Source: Flectonema sp. DT1601 (Eukaryota). Taken from it: a stretch of 64,000 nt of DNA. Below, piece by piece: positions 33,195-45,351 of the stretch. Each line of letters opens with the position of its first letter. Positions within the stretch are counted from its first letter, which is position 1. Location: positions 744,001-808,000 of the forward strand of contig OZ025805.1 in assembly GCA_964019425.1 (NCBI GenBank). The letters run 5' to 3'. The position numbers and the translations under genes were made by a program. The notes beneath the pieces were generated by a model. The model was not told where the DNA came from. It worked only from the letters and a program-made list of their open reading frames with translations, and made no database searches.

Positions 33195-34415
33195 CTCTGC
33201 CTCTCTCTTAATTCTGTTCGTTTCTTTGAAACGAAAATTCATTTGAATATTATTACTTGGTCAGCAACCATCATTGTCGCCCTTTGGGCCTGTTAAAAAA
33301 AATAAAAAATAAAAAGAAAGTTTACATCGGGAATAGGGCAGGAGCCAAAAGCTCCCAGTCCGTTACTTCCCACTTTATCGAAATTCACCGTGTGTGGAAC
33401 TGGCAGGTTTTTAAAAAATTTGCGTGGAGTTGGCAAGTTTTTTGAAAGTTTACGTGTGGAGCTGGCAGGTTTTTAAAAAATTTGCATGGAGTTGGCAGGT
33501 TTTTTGAAACTTTGTGTGTGGGCCGACGAATTTTGCAAACTTTGCGTGTGGAGCTGGCAGGTTTTTAAAAATTTGCGTGGAGTTGTCAGGTTTTTTGAAA
33601 CTTTGCGTGTGGGCTGACGAATGTTGCAAACTTTGCGTGTGGAGCTGGCAAAATTTGCGTGGAATTGGCAAGTTTTTCGAAAGTTTGTGTGTGGAATTGG
33701 CAGGTTTTTAAAAAAATTGCGTGGAGTTGGCAGGTTTTTTAAAACTTTGTGTGGGCTGACGAATTTTGCAAACTTTGCGTGTAGATGGCAGGTTTTGCAA
33801 AATTTGCATGGAGTTGGCAGGTTTTTTGAAACTTTGTGTGTGGAACTGGCAGGTTTTTAAAAAATTTGCGTTGAGTTGACAGGTTTTTTGAAACTTTGTG
33901 TGTGGGCTGACGAATGTTGCAAACTTTGTGTGTGGAGCTGGCAGGTTTTTAAAAACTTTGCGTGTGGAGCTGGCAGGTTTTTAAAAAAATTGCGTGGAGT
34001 TGACAGGTTTTTTGAAACTTTGTGTGTGGGCTGACGAATTTTGCAAACTTTGCGTGTGGAGTTGGCAGGTTTTTTGAAACTTTGTGTGTGGAACTGGCAG
34101 GTTTTTAAAAAATTTGCGTGGAGTTGGCAAGTTTTTTGAAAGTTTGCGTGTGGAGCTGGCAGGTTTTTAAAAAAATTGTGTGTGGGCTGACGAATTTTGC
34201 AAACTTTGCGTGTGGAGCTGGCACGTTTTTAAAAAATTTGCGTGGAGTTGAGGTTTTTTGAAACTTTGCGTGTGGGCTGACGAATTTTGCAAACTTTGCG
34301 TGTGGAGCTGGCACGTTTTTAAAAAAATTGCGTGGAGTTGGCAGGTTTTTTGAAACTTTGTGTGTGGAGCTAGCAAGTTTTTAAAAAATTTGCGTGGAAT
34401 TGACAGGTTTTTTGA
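30388..34415. repeat. Satellite block 3 with three tip fragments
   Basis: Tips at 30417, 31718 and 33113 (spacings 1301 and 1395). Confidence 0.97.
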
Positions 34416-37400
34416 TTTTCGTTCCTTATAACTCTACAACACCCACTTTTACCCCGTTACACCCGTCTCGTCTCAAATTCCGATCTTTTGGAACTAAATG
34501 GAAGGACATCGACGTTTCTGCTGCAGAAAAACTTCAAACTTTCACCGTCGAAACAGAAAACTCTTCAAAACCTGCCGACCAACTTGATAAACTACTCAAA
34601 ACGGTTTATCAAATATGTAGCGGTTTCTTTGAAGAAACAAAGCGGAATTTACCCCGCAAACAGAAATCAAGGGAAGAGGTCATCCTCGACCAAGAAAAAC
34701 TTGAATGTCGTCTGGAAATGAAACAGCTAAGACAGGAGCTCCGCAAATCCGGGCCTTCTATAGAGAACGCTGTCAAATGGAAAGAGGCAAGAACGAGAAT
34801 GAAAAGGATTTTCCGAATGTATCGGAATTTAGAAAAGAAAAATTTATTCAAAAAATTACAAGATAAATTTCGTCAAAATCCGTTTACTGCCATAAAAGAA
34901 GAACTCCAAAAAGAAGATCCTCAACCCCCCTCCCTTGATATTCCAGAGGAAAAAATAATTGAACATTTTAAAAACAATTATTGTGACAATGAAAAAAAAA
35001 AAACTGATTTCACCCATCCCTCTTTTTTACCTAAGTCTGACTACAAGACAATGGATGATATCCAGTTCCCGAGCTTCGAACAGTTTGGTATTCTCTTATC
35101 AAAGAAAAAAAACAAATGTGCCCCTGGTCCCAATTGCATACCTTATGTTGTATGGAAAAAGGTCCCAACTTTTATGGAAGCACTTTACAAGGTATTAAAG
35201 AGAATTTTCGAACTCAAGGCCTATCCGGATAGTTGGGGCTTAGCATTTGTAACAATGCTCCCAAAGCCCAACTCCGATGGGAAAGACATCTCGAAAACGA
35301 GACCGATAGCTGTGGGCAACTGCGACGGGAAAATTTTTAATACGGTTATTCAGGAAGCCGTCGCAAACCACACTCTTTCTAAATTTAATTTTCAAAAAGG
35401 CTTTAGGAAAGGTGTCTCTGGGTGTATCGAACATGCCACGATCACCTCAGAGATTTTTAAAGAAGTGAAAGCTCTCCGGAAAAACCTAACAATTGTCTGG
35501 GTGGATTTGGCAGATGCTTTCGGCTCAGTCAAACATCAATTAATTTTCTTTGCTTTAAAATATTTCGGAATTCACGAAAGAATAATCGGTTTCTATAAAA
35601 GGTATTATTCCTCCATGCGCGTCCAAATCAGAGTTGGAGAAGGCCTGACGCCCACTATCCCTTTTGAAGTTGGTGTCTTTCAAGGCTGCGTTTCCTCCCC
35701 AACCCTTTTTAATTTGGTATTCCAACTACTGCTCTTTTCCTTAGCAGTTCATCAACAGGAAGCCTACGAGTTTAACAATAAATCCCTCCAACTATTAGTT
35801 GCAGCTTTTGCTGATGATTTACAACTTACCACGTCATCAAAGGCGGGGGCAAAATTGCTAATCAAGTCGCTCGAACAGTTTCTTTCCTGGTCTCGTGGTA
35901 TGAAAGCGAAACCCCAGAAATGCATTGCCCACAGCTTTGTACAAGGGAAACCAGCTAACCCGGACCTGAAGATTAACAATGTTCCGATTACGAATCTCCA
36001 GGAAGCTGGAGAGTTCAAATACCTCGGGCGTTGGTTTGAGCCGAACGCCAAAGAACAGAAATTACGAGAGCGCCTGACCACTTTTACCAGGAATTTTTTA
36101 AAAAAAGTCGACGCCATGCCACTATATGGGTCTCAGAAGGCTTGGTCTGTCCAACACTTGTTATTGTCAAGGTTAACATGGAGTTTAATGATCCATGACT
36201 TATCTCTCCCTTTTGCCAAAAAAATGGACAAAATTATTAAACCTTTTTTGAAGAAATGGTGGGGATTTGTCCGCTCTGCGAACACAGTCATCCTTTTTAC
36301 CGGTTCAAAGAACACTGTTGGTCTCAGACACAAAAGAGTTGAGACGCTATATAAACAAGCGCAATCAATTAAACTAGACATCCTCAGATCCTCACAAGAC
36401 TCTGACATGCACGGTGTCTACAATGTTATTATGGAGAAATCGTCCAACTGGTCGAAAAAGTTTTCAGCTTCTGCTGAGTGGGAGCGCCTTATTAAGTTTT
36501 TTTCTTACCGTTCTCTTGCGAAGCAATCAGCTGGTCTTGGTCACCGATTGCGCGATCTACGTACTACTCGCCCCGATCTCCTTAAGCGTTTTGAAGTGGA
36601 AGCCACAGATGAACTACTGAACTCTTTGAATAAATTACAAGTCCAAGGTCAGTGGAAGGAGTGGTCTAAATGTATGATAAACGACTTCACCTGGAATAAG
36701 GTACTTAGGGAGGGAAATCCTGCCTATATCTCATTTCAACTGAAAGCGGTTACAAACACCCTCCCCTCACAAGATAATTTAAAGAGGTGGAACATCACCA
36801 ATGTGGACCAAAATTGTGTTTTGTGTGGCAAAGTGAATCCTACCCTCAGGCATGTCTTAACAGGCTGTCCTGTCTCTTTAACACAAGGGAGGTTCACGTG
36901 GCGTCACGACAGCGTTCTAAAACGCATTGTTATCTTCTTGGAAGAGTTGATAATAAAAGCCAACAAAAGAAAAGAAAACCTCCCGCCTCCCTCTCAAACT
37001 TTTTTAAAAACAGGGGAAAATAAACCCCTAGAAAGAATTTCTAAAGAGACAGGCGAACTTTCACTAGCGAATGATTGGGTCATCCTCGACGATGTCGGTG
37101 ATAACCGCCTAATTGTTCCTCTTGAAGTGTGCCATGTCTCGTCCTCTCTAAGACCAGACATTTTTATTTATTCTTTTTTTGCGAAAAGAGCACTGATTCT
37201 GGAGCTGACGTGTCCAAATGAAGATCGTTTCGAAACCTCTCATGTCTTAAAGGAAAAGAAATACCTAAAGCTAAGAGACTCGATCATCGCTAATGGCTTC
37301 GACTGTAACATTTTTACTATTGAAGTTGGCGTACGAGGAAACATCTGCATGGACCAGCTGAACATCTGGACACGTCACATCGGTTCACCTTTAGCACCAA

Positions 37401-39178
37401 CAAAAGCTTTATTTTGTGAATGCACCAGAATCGCCAGACAGTGCTCATATGTTCTGTTCCAGACGAGGAACCTCCCCACGTGGCATTCAAGACCACTAAT
37501 GCGCAGCATTAAAGAAGAACCTGCCACTGCAAGTTTTATAAAAGATGGTAAAGAAATCTTCCCTGTGGAAGAAGTCAAAATCCACAAAGTAACAAAACTG
37601 AAAACGATCGAAAAGCTCACCATTGAAAGATCGTGGCTTGAGAAATGTTTTATCTGGCAAACTTGTTACGCATCGGCTCTTTCTATTCTACTTATTGCCA
37701 ATGGTTCTTCCTCCCCGGCCCCTTCTGTTTTGTTAGATGAGGATGAGCTCACTGGACTCTCCTTGTCATTCTCTTCTATTTCTTCCATCTCTTTCCAGAC
37801 TCCCCCACCTGAACTCATGTCAACGGGATCGCAAACACTTCTTACTGATTTTGCTATGGTGATAAGAACTCAATCTGACATGGGTTCTCAAACCCCCTTG
37901 TACAAAAAAAAAGAAGGAAAATTAAGGCTGAAACTTTCCTTGAAATGCCAGATTTTAGAAAACGAATTAGAGCAAATGAAAGAACGAATTTTTTATGTTC
38001 TATTTTTATTTTACTTTAATGCGATGTCAGCCTCCCTCGAGAAAGACAAGCAGTTACTAAATGGATTACCTGTTGAGATCAAAGCTACCAATCAGGATCC
38101 ATCCTCACTTCCTCCTGCGCCCCCTGTTTTAATTATTGAAAAAGATAGAAAAGAATATGAACTTCTGGAAGGAGTAATTCAACGGTTAACAGCAGAACGC
38201 GATGAATCGAAGACTTCTCTTTCTGCACTAGTTCGACAATATGACTTAGTGGAAGATTACAGGAAACGTGAGCTCGCAAATCTGACTCAGAGAGCAGACC
38301 TATCGGAAATGGCGCTCTTTAATTACCATCAAAGGTTTGTTCTTCTGTCGAACGAATTGGAGACCAAATGTAATGAGGAAAGAGAAAGTAAAATAAGACT
38401 TTTCTATACTCAACAGGAGGTCGAGAGTTTGCGTGCCGCGCGTCCCCGCATGACCCACTTTAGTCAACAAGTTTCCCCCCGAACCCCCGTTTTGTATGAA
38501 TCTGTTGCTATGATGAAGATAGCAAAGAACTACCTCTCGCTCTTTACAACTACGAGTAGTCTTTTTACTCCTCTTATTAAACCCCTTATCCCTACCCTTA
38601 ATTATATCACCCCTCTTTGTCCTCTAGCCTCAATTCCTCCGACAATGCCGCGGAGTGAAGCTCTCGACCGCACGCCGACCAAGATTTTACGACAAGAGAG
38701 TCACGTTATCTCCGTTAAAGAGAATACACCTATTGCGAGACAATGGTCCGAGGGTAGGATTGACTTACTCGAGAATTACTGTCGAGCAGTAGATGACTCT
38801 CTCGAAACAAACGAGAAAGCGGCAGAGCTCTCAGAACAACTTTTGGATGCCCAACTTCGCCTCTCGGAGCTGAATCACCAACGGTGTACAACTCACGCAG
38901 AGCAGCTTGAGCAATCCATGATGTTAACGGGACTGGCGAGCGATTTAAATGCTCAACTCGCCTTGGCACGGTCTCAAATTGCGGCCCTGAAGTTCCAATT
39001 AGCTTCATGGGCAGAAGGTTTGAGTCCGCCAGACACAGAAGAACATGAGGAAAATGAAACTCCGCCGAGAAAGTCTGAGCGTTCAACTCTGAAAAAACGG
39101 ACCCCTCCATCAAGATATCGTTACAATCGAAGGAGATGTTCTGCTGATGACGTTCACGGTGACTCCACCCCCTTGTAA
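34394..39178 (+). CDS. RT-CCHC-RLE polyprotein with C-terminal extension, same translation as 9333-14117
   Basis: 1594 aa translation appears identical to copy A. Confidence 0.93.
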   Translation: MELTGFLIFVPYNSTTPTFTPLHPSRLKFRSFGTKWKDIDVSAAEKLQTFTVETENSSKPADQLDKLLKTVYQICSGFFEETKRNLPRKQKSREEVILDQEKLECRLEMKQLRQELRKSGPSIENAVKWKEARTRMKRIFRMYRNLEKKNLFKKLQDKFRQNPFTAIKEELQKEDPQPPSLDIPEEKIIEHFKNNYCDNEKKKTDFTHPSFLPKSDYKTMDDIQFPSFEQFGILLSKKKNKCAPGPNCIPYVVWKKVPTFMEALYKVLKRIFELKAYPDSWGLAFVTMLPKPNSDGKDISKTRPIAVGNCDGKIFNTVIQEAVANHTLSKFNFQKGFRKGVSGCIEHATITSEIFKEVKALRKNLTIVWVDLADAFGSVKHQLIFFALKYFGIHERIIGFYKRYYSSMRVQIRVGEGLTPTIPFEVGVFQGCVSSPTLFNLVFQLLLFSLAVHQQEAYEFNNKSLQLLVAAFADDLQLTTSSKAGAKLLIKSLEQFLSWSRGMKAKPQKCIAHSFVQGKPANPDLKINNVPITNLQEAGEFKYLGRWFEPNAKEQKLRERLTTFTRNFLKKVDAMPLYGSQKAWSVQHLLLSRLTWSLMIHDLSLPFAKKMDKIIKPFLKKWWGFVRSANTVILFTGSKNTVGLRHKRVETLYKQAQSIKLDILRSSQDSDMHGVYNVIMEKSSNWSKKFSASAEWERLIKFFSYRSLAKQSAGLGHRLRDLRTTRPDLLKRFEVEATDELLNSLNKLQVQGQWKEWSKCMINDFTWNKVLREGNPAYISFQLKAVTNTLPSQDNLKRWNITNVDQNCVLCGKVNPTLRHVLTGCPVSLTQGRFTWRHDSVLKRIVIFLEELIIKANKRKENLPPPSQTFLKTGENKPLERISKETGELSLANDWVILDDVGDNRLIVPLEVCHVSSSLRPDIFIYSFFAKRALILELTCPNEDRFETSHVLKEKKYLKLRDSIIANGFDCNIFTIEVGVRGNICMDQLNIWTRHIGSPLAPTKALFCECTRIARQCSYVLFQTRNLPTWHSRPLMRSIKEEPATASFIKDGKEIFPVEEVKIHKVTKLKTIEKLTIERSWLEKCFIWQTCYASALSILLIANGSSSPAPSVLLDEDELTGLSLSFSSISSISFQTPPPELMSTGSQTLLTDFAMVIRTQSDMGSQTPLYKKKEGKLRLKLSLKCQILENELEQMKERIFYVLFLFYFNAMSASLEKDKQLLNGLPVEIKATNQDPSSLPPAPPVLIIEKDRKEYELLEGVIQRLTAERDESKTSLSALVRQYDLVEDYRKRELANLTQRADLSEMALFNYHQRFVLLSNELETKCNEERESKIRLFYTQQEVESLRAARPRMTHFSQQVSPRTPVLYESVAMMKIAKNYLSLFTTTSSLFTPLIKPLIPTLNYITPLCPLASIPPTMPRSEALDRTPTKILRQESHVISVKENTPIARQWSEGRIDLLENYCRAVDDSLETNEKAAELSEQLLDAQLRLSELNHQRCTTHAEQLEQSMMLTGLASDLNAQLALARSQIAALKFQLASWAEGLSPPDTEEHEENETPPRKSERSTLKKRTPPSRYRYNRRRCSADDVHGDSTPL

Positions 39179-42100
39179 TTCTCTTTTTCCTTACTTTCAC
39201 ATCATTTTGTTTATTTAGTTTTTTTAGCTTATTTATTATTTATTGTTCGTTTTTGTTTGTATTATTTTATCGATATGTTTATGTCCGTCAGATCATAACG
39301 TTAATCAGGTTAATTGTTAATTGTTAATTATAAATGGTCTAAACCCCAATCCAAGTTCCCAAGGCTTGGCATAGATTTGAGTGACGCCTTACTGGCCTCC
39401 TCATCCTCTATGAGTGGTGAGGGGGCCAGCAATGGTTTTTTTTTTTTTTTTTTCTCTTATTTCTTTTTTTCTTTTTCTTTTACTCTAATATGAAATATTT
39501 TTGAACAAAATGTGATTATTAATTTAAAAAAAAAAAAAAAAATAAATAATGTAAATGAATAATAAAAAAAAAAAAAAAAAAATTATGCCTTGGGAATACA
39601 ACCAAAGCCCCAATTAATCGGTCCTTTCTTTTTCCTTCTTGTCAAGTGATCGCTCCACTCGTCGATCACCAAAACCGATTGTATTTATATCTGTTCTTTT
39701 CTCAACGATCGGCTATACCGATCATTTTTTTAAAATAATTGTTTTCTTCTTCTCGACGATCAGATCAAATTGATCGACCTTTTTTTTTTTTTTTTTTTCC
39801 TTTATTCCTTCCATCCCTCCCGCTCCCCTAATTTTAAATAAAAACAAGATCAGCTCAGCTTGATCGTTAATCTTTTTTTTCTTTTTTAATTTAAACTGAT
39901 TGTATTTATATCTGTTTATTTTTCTCAACGATCGGCTATACCGATCAACCTTTAAAATAATTTCTTCTTCTCGACGATCAGATCCAATTGATCAACCTTT
40001 TCTTTTTTTTTCCTCTATTCCTTCCATCCCTCCCGCTCCCCTATTTGTAATAAAAACAAGATCAGCTCAGCTTGATCGTTAATTTTTTTTCTTTCTTTTT
40101 TGTTGGTCCTAGTCAGGACCTTAAACTGACTAACCGGTCTTAATTTAAATAAGTGTTAACCTAGTTTCTCTTTTCCTTTTCATTTTCCTTTTAATACTCT
40201 CTATCTGGTCTGTTATGTCATATTTCTCAATTAATTTTATCATCCATTTTACTTTTCACTGTTTCCCATCTACATTTTATTTTCAAATAGTTACGGTCTG
40301 TTAAAAAAAAAAAAAGTTTAAATAAGTTAAATCGAACATGTTAACTCAATTCCTCAATTCTTCCGTCATGGTCATGACATTCTTTTTCGTTTTTCTAATG
40401 CACAAGAGATACCATCACTCATGAGATACCAACGCACATACGAGATACCAGCACTCCAGAGATACCGACACGCTAGAGATACCAAGTCACTTGAGATACC
40501 TCCTTGTAAATTAATTCCCGGTATTTCAAATTTGAATTGATAGTGTCAACTCTGCTTGCTGCTCTTGTTCATGTGTTGTCTCCTGAAAGTGATCTTAACT
40601 CCTATAAAAAGAAAAAAAAAAAAAAAGAAATCAAAAAAGAAGAATTTTCAAACGAAGTTATAACAACCCCTACCACCCATTATGATCAATTCCGCTTGTT
40701 TTTTTTTTTTTTTTAAAAACAAATAAAACAAATAAAAAAAAAAAATTATAAAAGATCAAACAATGTTATCATTGTTTTTTTTTATCGATCGACTCTGTCG
40801 ACTAATTTCTATTTTCCGTTTTTTTTCTTTAAAAAATAAATAAAAAGAATTTAAAAAAAAAAAAAAAAAAAAGATTAAACAATGTTATCATTGTTTTTTT
40901 ATCGATCGACTATGTCGATTACTTTCTATTTTCCGTCCTGGTCAAGACGCTAAACTGATTGTTTTTTTCAAAATTAATAAAAAAGAATATAAAAAAAAAA
41001 AAAAAAAAGAATAAACAATGTTATCATTATTTTTTCTATCGTTCGACTTTGTCGACTAATTTCTATTTTCCGTTTTTTTTCTTTAAAAATAAATAAAAAG
41101 AATTTAAAAAACAAAAAAAGAATAAACAATGTTATCATTTTTTTTTTTATCGATCGACTATGTCGATCACTTTCTATTTTCCGTCCTGGTCAAGACGCTA
41201 AACTGATTGTTTTTTTTTTCAAAATTAAAAAAGAATATAAAAAAGAAAAAATAAAAAAAAAAAAAGAATAAACAATGTTATCATTGTTTTTTTTATCGAT
41301 CGACTCTGTCGACTAATTTCTATTTTCTTTTTTTTCTTTAAAAAATAAATAAAAAGAATTTAAAAAAAAAAAAAAAAAAAGAAATAAACAATGTTATCAT
41401 TGTTTTTTTTATCGATCGACTTTGTCGATTACTGTCTACTTTCCGTCCTGGTCAAGACGCTAAACTGATTTTTTTTTTTTTTTAAAAATTAATAAAAAGA
41501 ATATAAAAAAAAAAAAAAAAAAAAATGAATAAACAATGTTATCATTGTTTCTTATCGATCGACTTTGTCGACTAATTTCTATTTTCCGTCCTGGTCAGGA
41601 CGCTAAACTGATTGTTTTTTCTTTAAGAAATAAATAAAAAGATAAATAAAAAAAAAAAAAAAAAAAAGGAATAAACAATGTTATCATTGTTTTTTTTATC
41701 GATCGACTATGTCGATTACTTTCTATTTTCCGTCCTGGTCAGGACGCTAAACTGATTGTTTTTTCTTTAAGAAATAAATAAAAAGTTAAAAAAAAAAAAA
41801 AAAAAAAAAAAGGAATAAACAATGTTATCATTGTTTTTTTTTTATCGATCGACTATGTCGATTACTTTCTATTTTCTGTCCTGGTCAAGACGCTAAACGG
41901 TAGTTTTTTCTTTAAAATAATTAAAAGGATTTAAAAAAAAAAAAAAAAAAAAAAAAGAATAAACAATGTTATCATTGTTTTTTTTTCTATCGATCGACTA
42001 TGTCGATTAATTTCTATTTTCCGTCCTGATCGAGACACTAAACTGATTGTTTCCTTTTTTTTTAAATAATAAATAAAAAAAAAAAATAAAAAAAAAAAAA

Positions 42101-42504
42101 AAAAAGAGCATCTCCCTGCTATCCCTCATATCCCCACAATAATATTATACCTTTTCATTTTCTCTTTCCTTTTCTGGTCTTTATTTTTTTTTTTTCCTTT
42201 TTCATACAACGTTTTTTTATTTATATATTTTTTTTTTTTTTTTTTCATGTTTGATTATTTCCTCTTCATATTTTTTTTCTTTTTTCTTTTCTTTCTTTTT
42301 TTTCTTTTTTTTCTCTGCCTCTCTCTTAATTCTGTTCGTTTCTTTGAAACGAAAATTCATTTGAATATTATTCCTTGGTCAGCAACCATCATTGTCGCCC
42401 TTTGGGCCTGTTAAAAAAAATAAAAAATAAAAAGAAAGTTTACATCGGGAATAGGGCAGGAGCCAAAAGCTCCCAGTCCGTTACTTCCCACTTTATCGAA
42501 ATTC
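34416..42504 (+). mobile_element. 5'-truncated retrotransposon copy A' (duplicate of copy A)
   Basis: Same truncation and 3' junctions as copy A; every ORF-track landmark is offset by exactly 25,061 bp. Confidence 0.95.
40751..42056 (+). repeat. 3' UTR palindromic array of copy A' (10 units)
   Basis: Matches 15690-16995 shifted by 25,061. Confidence 0.9.
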
Positions 42505-43771
42505 AAAGTTTACGTGTGGAGCTGGCAGGTTTTTAAAAAATTTGCATGGAGTTGGCAGGTTTTTTGAAACTTTGTGTGTGGGCCGACGAATTTTGCAAAC
42601 TTTGCGTGTGGAGCTGGCAGGTTTTTAAAAATTTGCGTGGAGTTGTCAGGTTTTTTGAAACTTTGCGTGTGGGCTGACGAATGTTGCAAACTTTGCGTGT
42701 GGAGCTGGCAAAATTTGCGTGGAATTGGCAAGTTTTTCGAAAGTTTGTGTGTGGAATTGGCAGGTTTTTAAAAAAATTGCGTGGAGTTGGCAGGTTTTTT
42801 AAAACTTTGTGTGGGCTGACGAATTTTGCAAACTTTGCGTGTAGATGGCAGGTTTTGCAAAATTTGCATGGAGTTGGCAGGTTTTTTGAAACTTTGTGTG
42901 TGGAACTGGCAGGTTTTTAAAAAATTTGCGTTGAGTTGACAGGTTTTTTGAAACTTTGTGTGTGGGCTGACGAATGTTGCAAACTTTGTGTGTGGAGCTG
43001 GCAGGTTTTTAAAAACTTTGCGTGTGGAGCTGGCAGGTTTTTAAAAAAATTGCGTGGAGTTGACAGGTTTTTTGAAACTTTGTGTGTGGGCTGACGAATT
43101 TTGCAAACTTTGCGTGTGGAGTTGGCAGGTTTTTTGAAACTTTGTGTGTGGAACTGGCAGGTTTTTAAAAAATTTGCGTGGAGTTGGCAAGTTTTTTGAA
43201 AGTTTGCGTGTGGAGCTGGCAGGTTTTTAAAAAAATTGTGTGTGGGCTGACGAATTTTGCAAACTTTGCGTGTGGAGCTGGCACGTTTTTAAAAAATTTG
43301 CGTGGAGTTGAGGTTTTTTGAAACTTTGCGTGTGGGCTGACGAATTTTGCAAACTTTGCGTGTGGAGCTGGCACGTTTTTAAAAAAATTGCGTGGAGTTG
43401 GCAGGTTTTTTGAAACTTTGTGTGTGGAGCTAGCAAGTTTTTAAAAAATTTGCGTGGAATTGACAGGTTTTTTGAAACTTTGCGTGTGGGCTGACGAATT
43501 TTGCAAACTTTGCGTGTGGAGCTGGCAGGTTTTTAAAAATTTTGCGTGGAGTTGGCAGGTTTTTTGAAACTTTGTGTGTGGGCCGACGAATTTTGCAAAC
43601 TTTGCGTGTGGAGCTGGCAGGTTTTCGAAAAAATTGCGTGGAGTTGGCAAGTTTTTTAAAACTTTGTGTGTGGGCTGACGAATTTTGCAAACTTTGCGTG
43701 TGGAGTTGGCAGGTTTTTTGATTTTTTTTTTTTTCATGTTTGATTATTTCCTCTTCATATTTTTATTTTTC

Positions 43772-43803
<32 letters not shown>

Positions 43804-45320
43804 CTCTGCCTCTCTCTTAATTCTGTTCGTTTCTTTGAAACGAAAATTCATTTGAATATTATTACTTGGTCAGCAACCATCATTGTCGCCCTTTGGGCCT
43901 GTTAAAAAAAATAAAAAATAAAAAGAAAGTTTACATCGGGAATAGGGCAGGAGCCAAAAGCTCCCAGTCCGTTACTTCCCACTTTATCGAAATTCACCGT
44001 GTGTGGAACTGGCAGGTTTTTAAAAAATTTGCGTGGAGTTGGCAAGTTTTTTGAAAGTTTACGTGTGGAGCTGGCAGGTTTTTAAAAAATTTGCATGGAG
44101 TTGGCAGGTTTTTTGAAACTTTGTGTGTGGGCCGACGAATTTTGCAAACTTTGCGTGTGGAGCTGGCAGGTTTTTAAAAATTTGCGTGGAGTTGTCAGGT
44201 TTTTTGAAACTTTGCGTGTGGGCTGACGAATGTTGCAAACTTTGCGTGTGGAGCTGGCAAAATTTGCGTGGAATTGGCAAGTTTTTCGAAAGTTTGTGTG
44301 TGGAATTGGCAGGTTTTTAAAAAAATTGCGTGGAGTTGGCAGGTTTTTTAAAACTTTGTGTGGGCTGACGAATTTTGCAAACTTTGCGTGTAGATGGCAG
44401 GTTTTGCAAAATTTGCATGGAGTTGGCAGGTTTTTTGAAACTTTGTGTGTGGAACTGGCAGGTTTTTAAAAAATTTGCGTTGAGTTGACAGGTTTTTTGA
44501 AACTTTGTGTGTGGGCTGACGAATGTTGCAAACTTTGTGTGTGGAGCTGGCAGGTTTTTAAAAACTTTGCGTGTGGAGCTGGCAGGTTTTTAAAAAAATT
44601 GCGTGGAGTTGACAGGTTTTTTGAAACTTTGTGTGTGGGCTGACGAATTTTGCAAACTTTGCGTGTGGAGTTGGCAGGTTTTTTGAAACTTTGTGTGTGG
44701 AACTGGCAGGTTTTTAAAAAATTTGCGTGGAGTTGGCAAGTTTTTTGAAAGTTTGCGTGTGGAGCTGGCAGGTTTTTAAAAAAATTGTGTGTGGGCTGAC
44801 GAATTTTGCAAACTTTGCGTGTGGAGCTGGCACGTTTTTAAAAAATTTGCGTGGAGTTGAGGTTTTTTGAAACTTTGCGTGTGGGCTGACGAATTTTGCA
44901 AACTTTGCGTGTGGAGCTGGCACGTTTTTAAAAAAATTGCGTGGAGTTGGCAGGTTTTTTGAAACTTTGTGTGTGGAGCTAGCAAGTTTTTAAAAAATTT
45001 GCGTGGAATTGACAGGTTTTTTGAAACTTTGCGTGTGGGCTGACGAATTTTGCAAACTTTGCGTGTGGAGCTGGCAGGTTTTTAAAAATTTTGCGTGGAG
45101 TTGGCAGGTTTTTTGAAACTTTGTGTGTGGGCCGACGAATTTTGCAAACTTTGCGTGTGGAGCTGGCAGGTTTTCGAAAAAATTGCGTGGAGTTGGCAAG
45201 TTTTTTAAAACTTTGTGTGTGGGCTGACGAATTTTGCAAACTTTGCGTGTGGAGTTGGCAGGTTTTTTGATTTTTTTTTTTTTCATGTTTGATTATTTCC
45301 TCTTCATATTTTTTTTTTTC

Positions 45321-45351
<31 letters not shown>

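Noticed and set aside
9427..39200. Small alternate-frame and antisense ORFs inside the RT genes (including 13669-14139)
   Set aside because: Shadow frames of the long ORF with no motifs; the 156 aa antisense ORF is not conserved in copy B.
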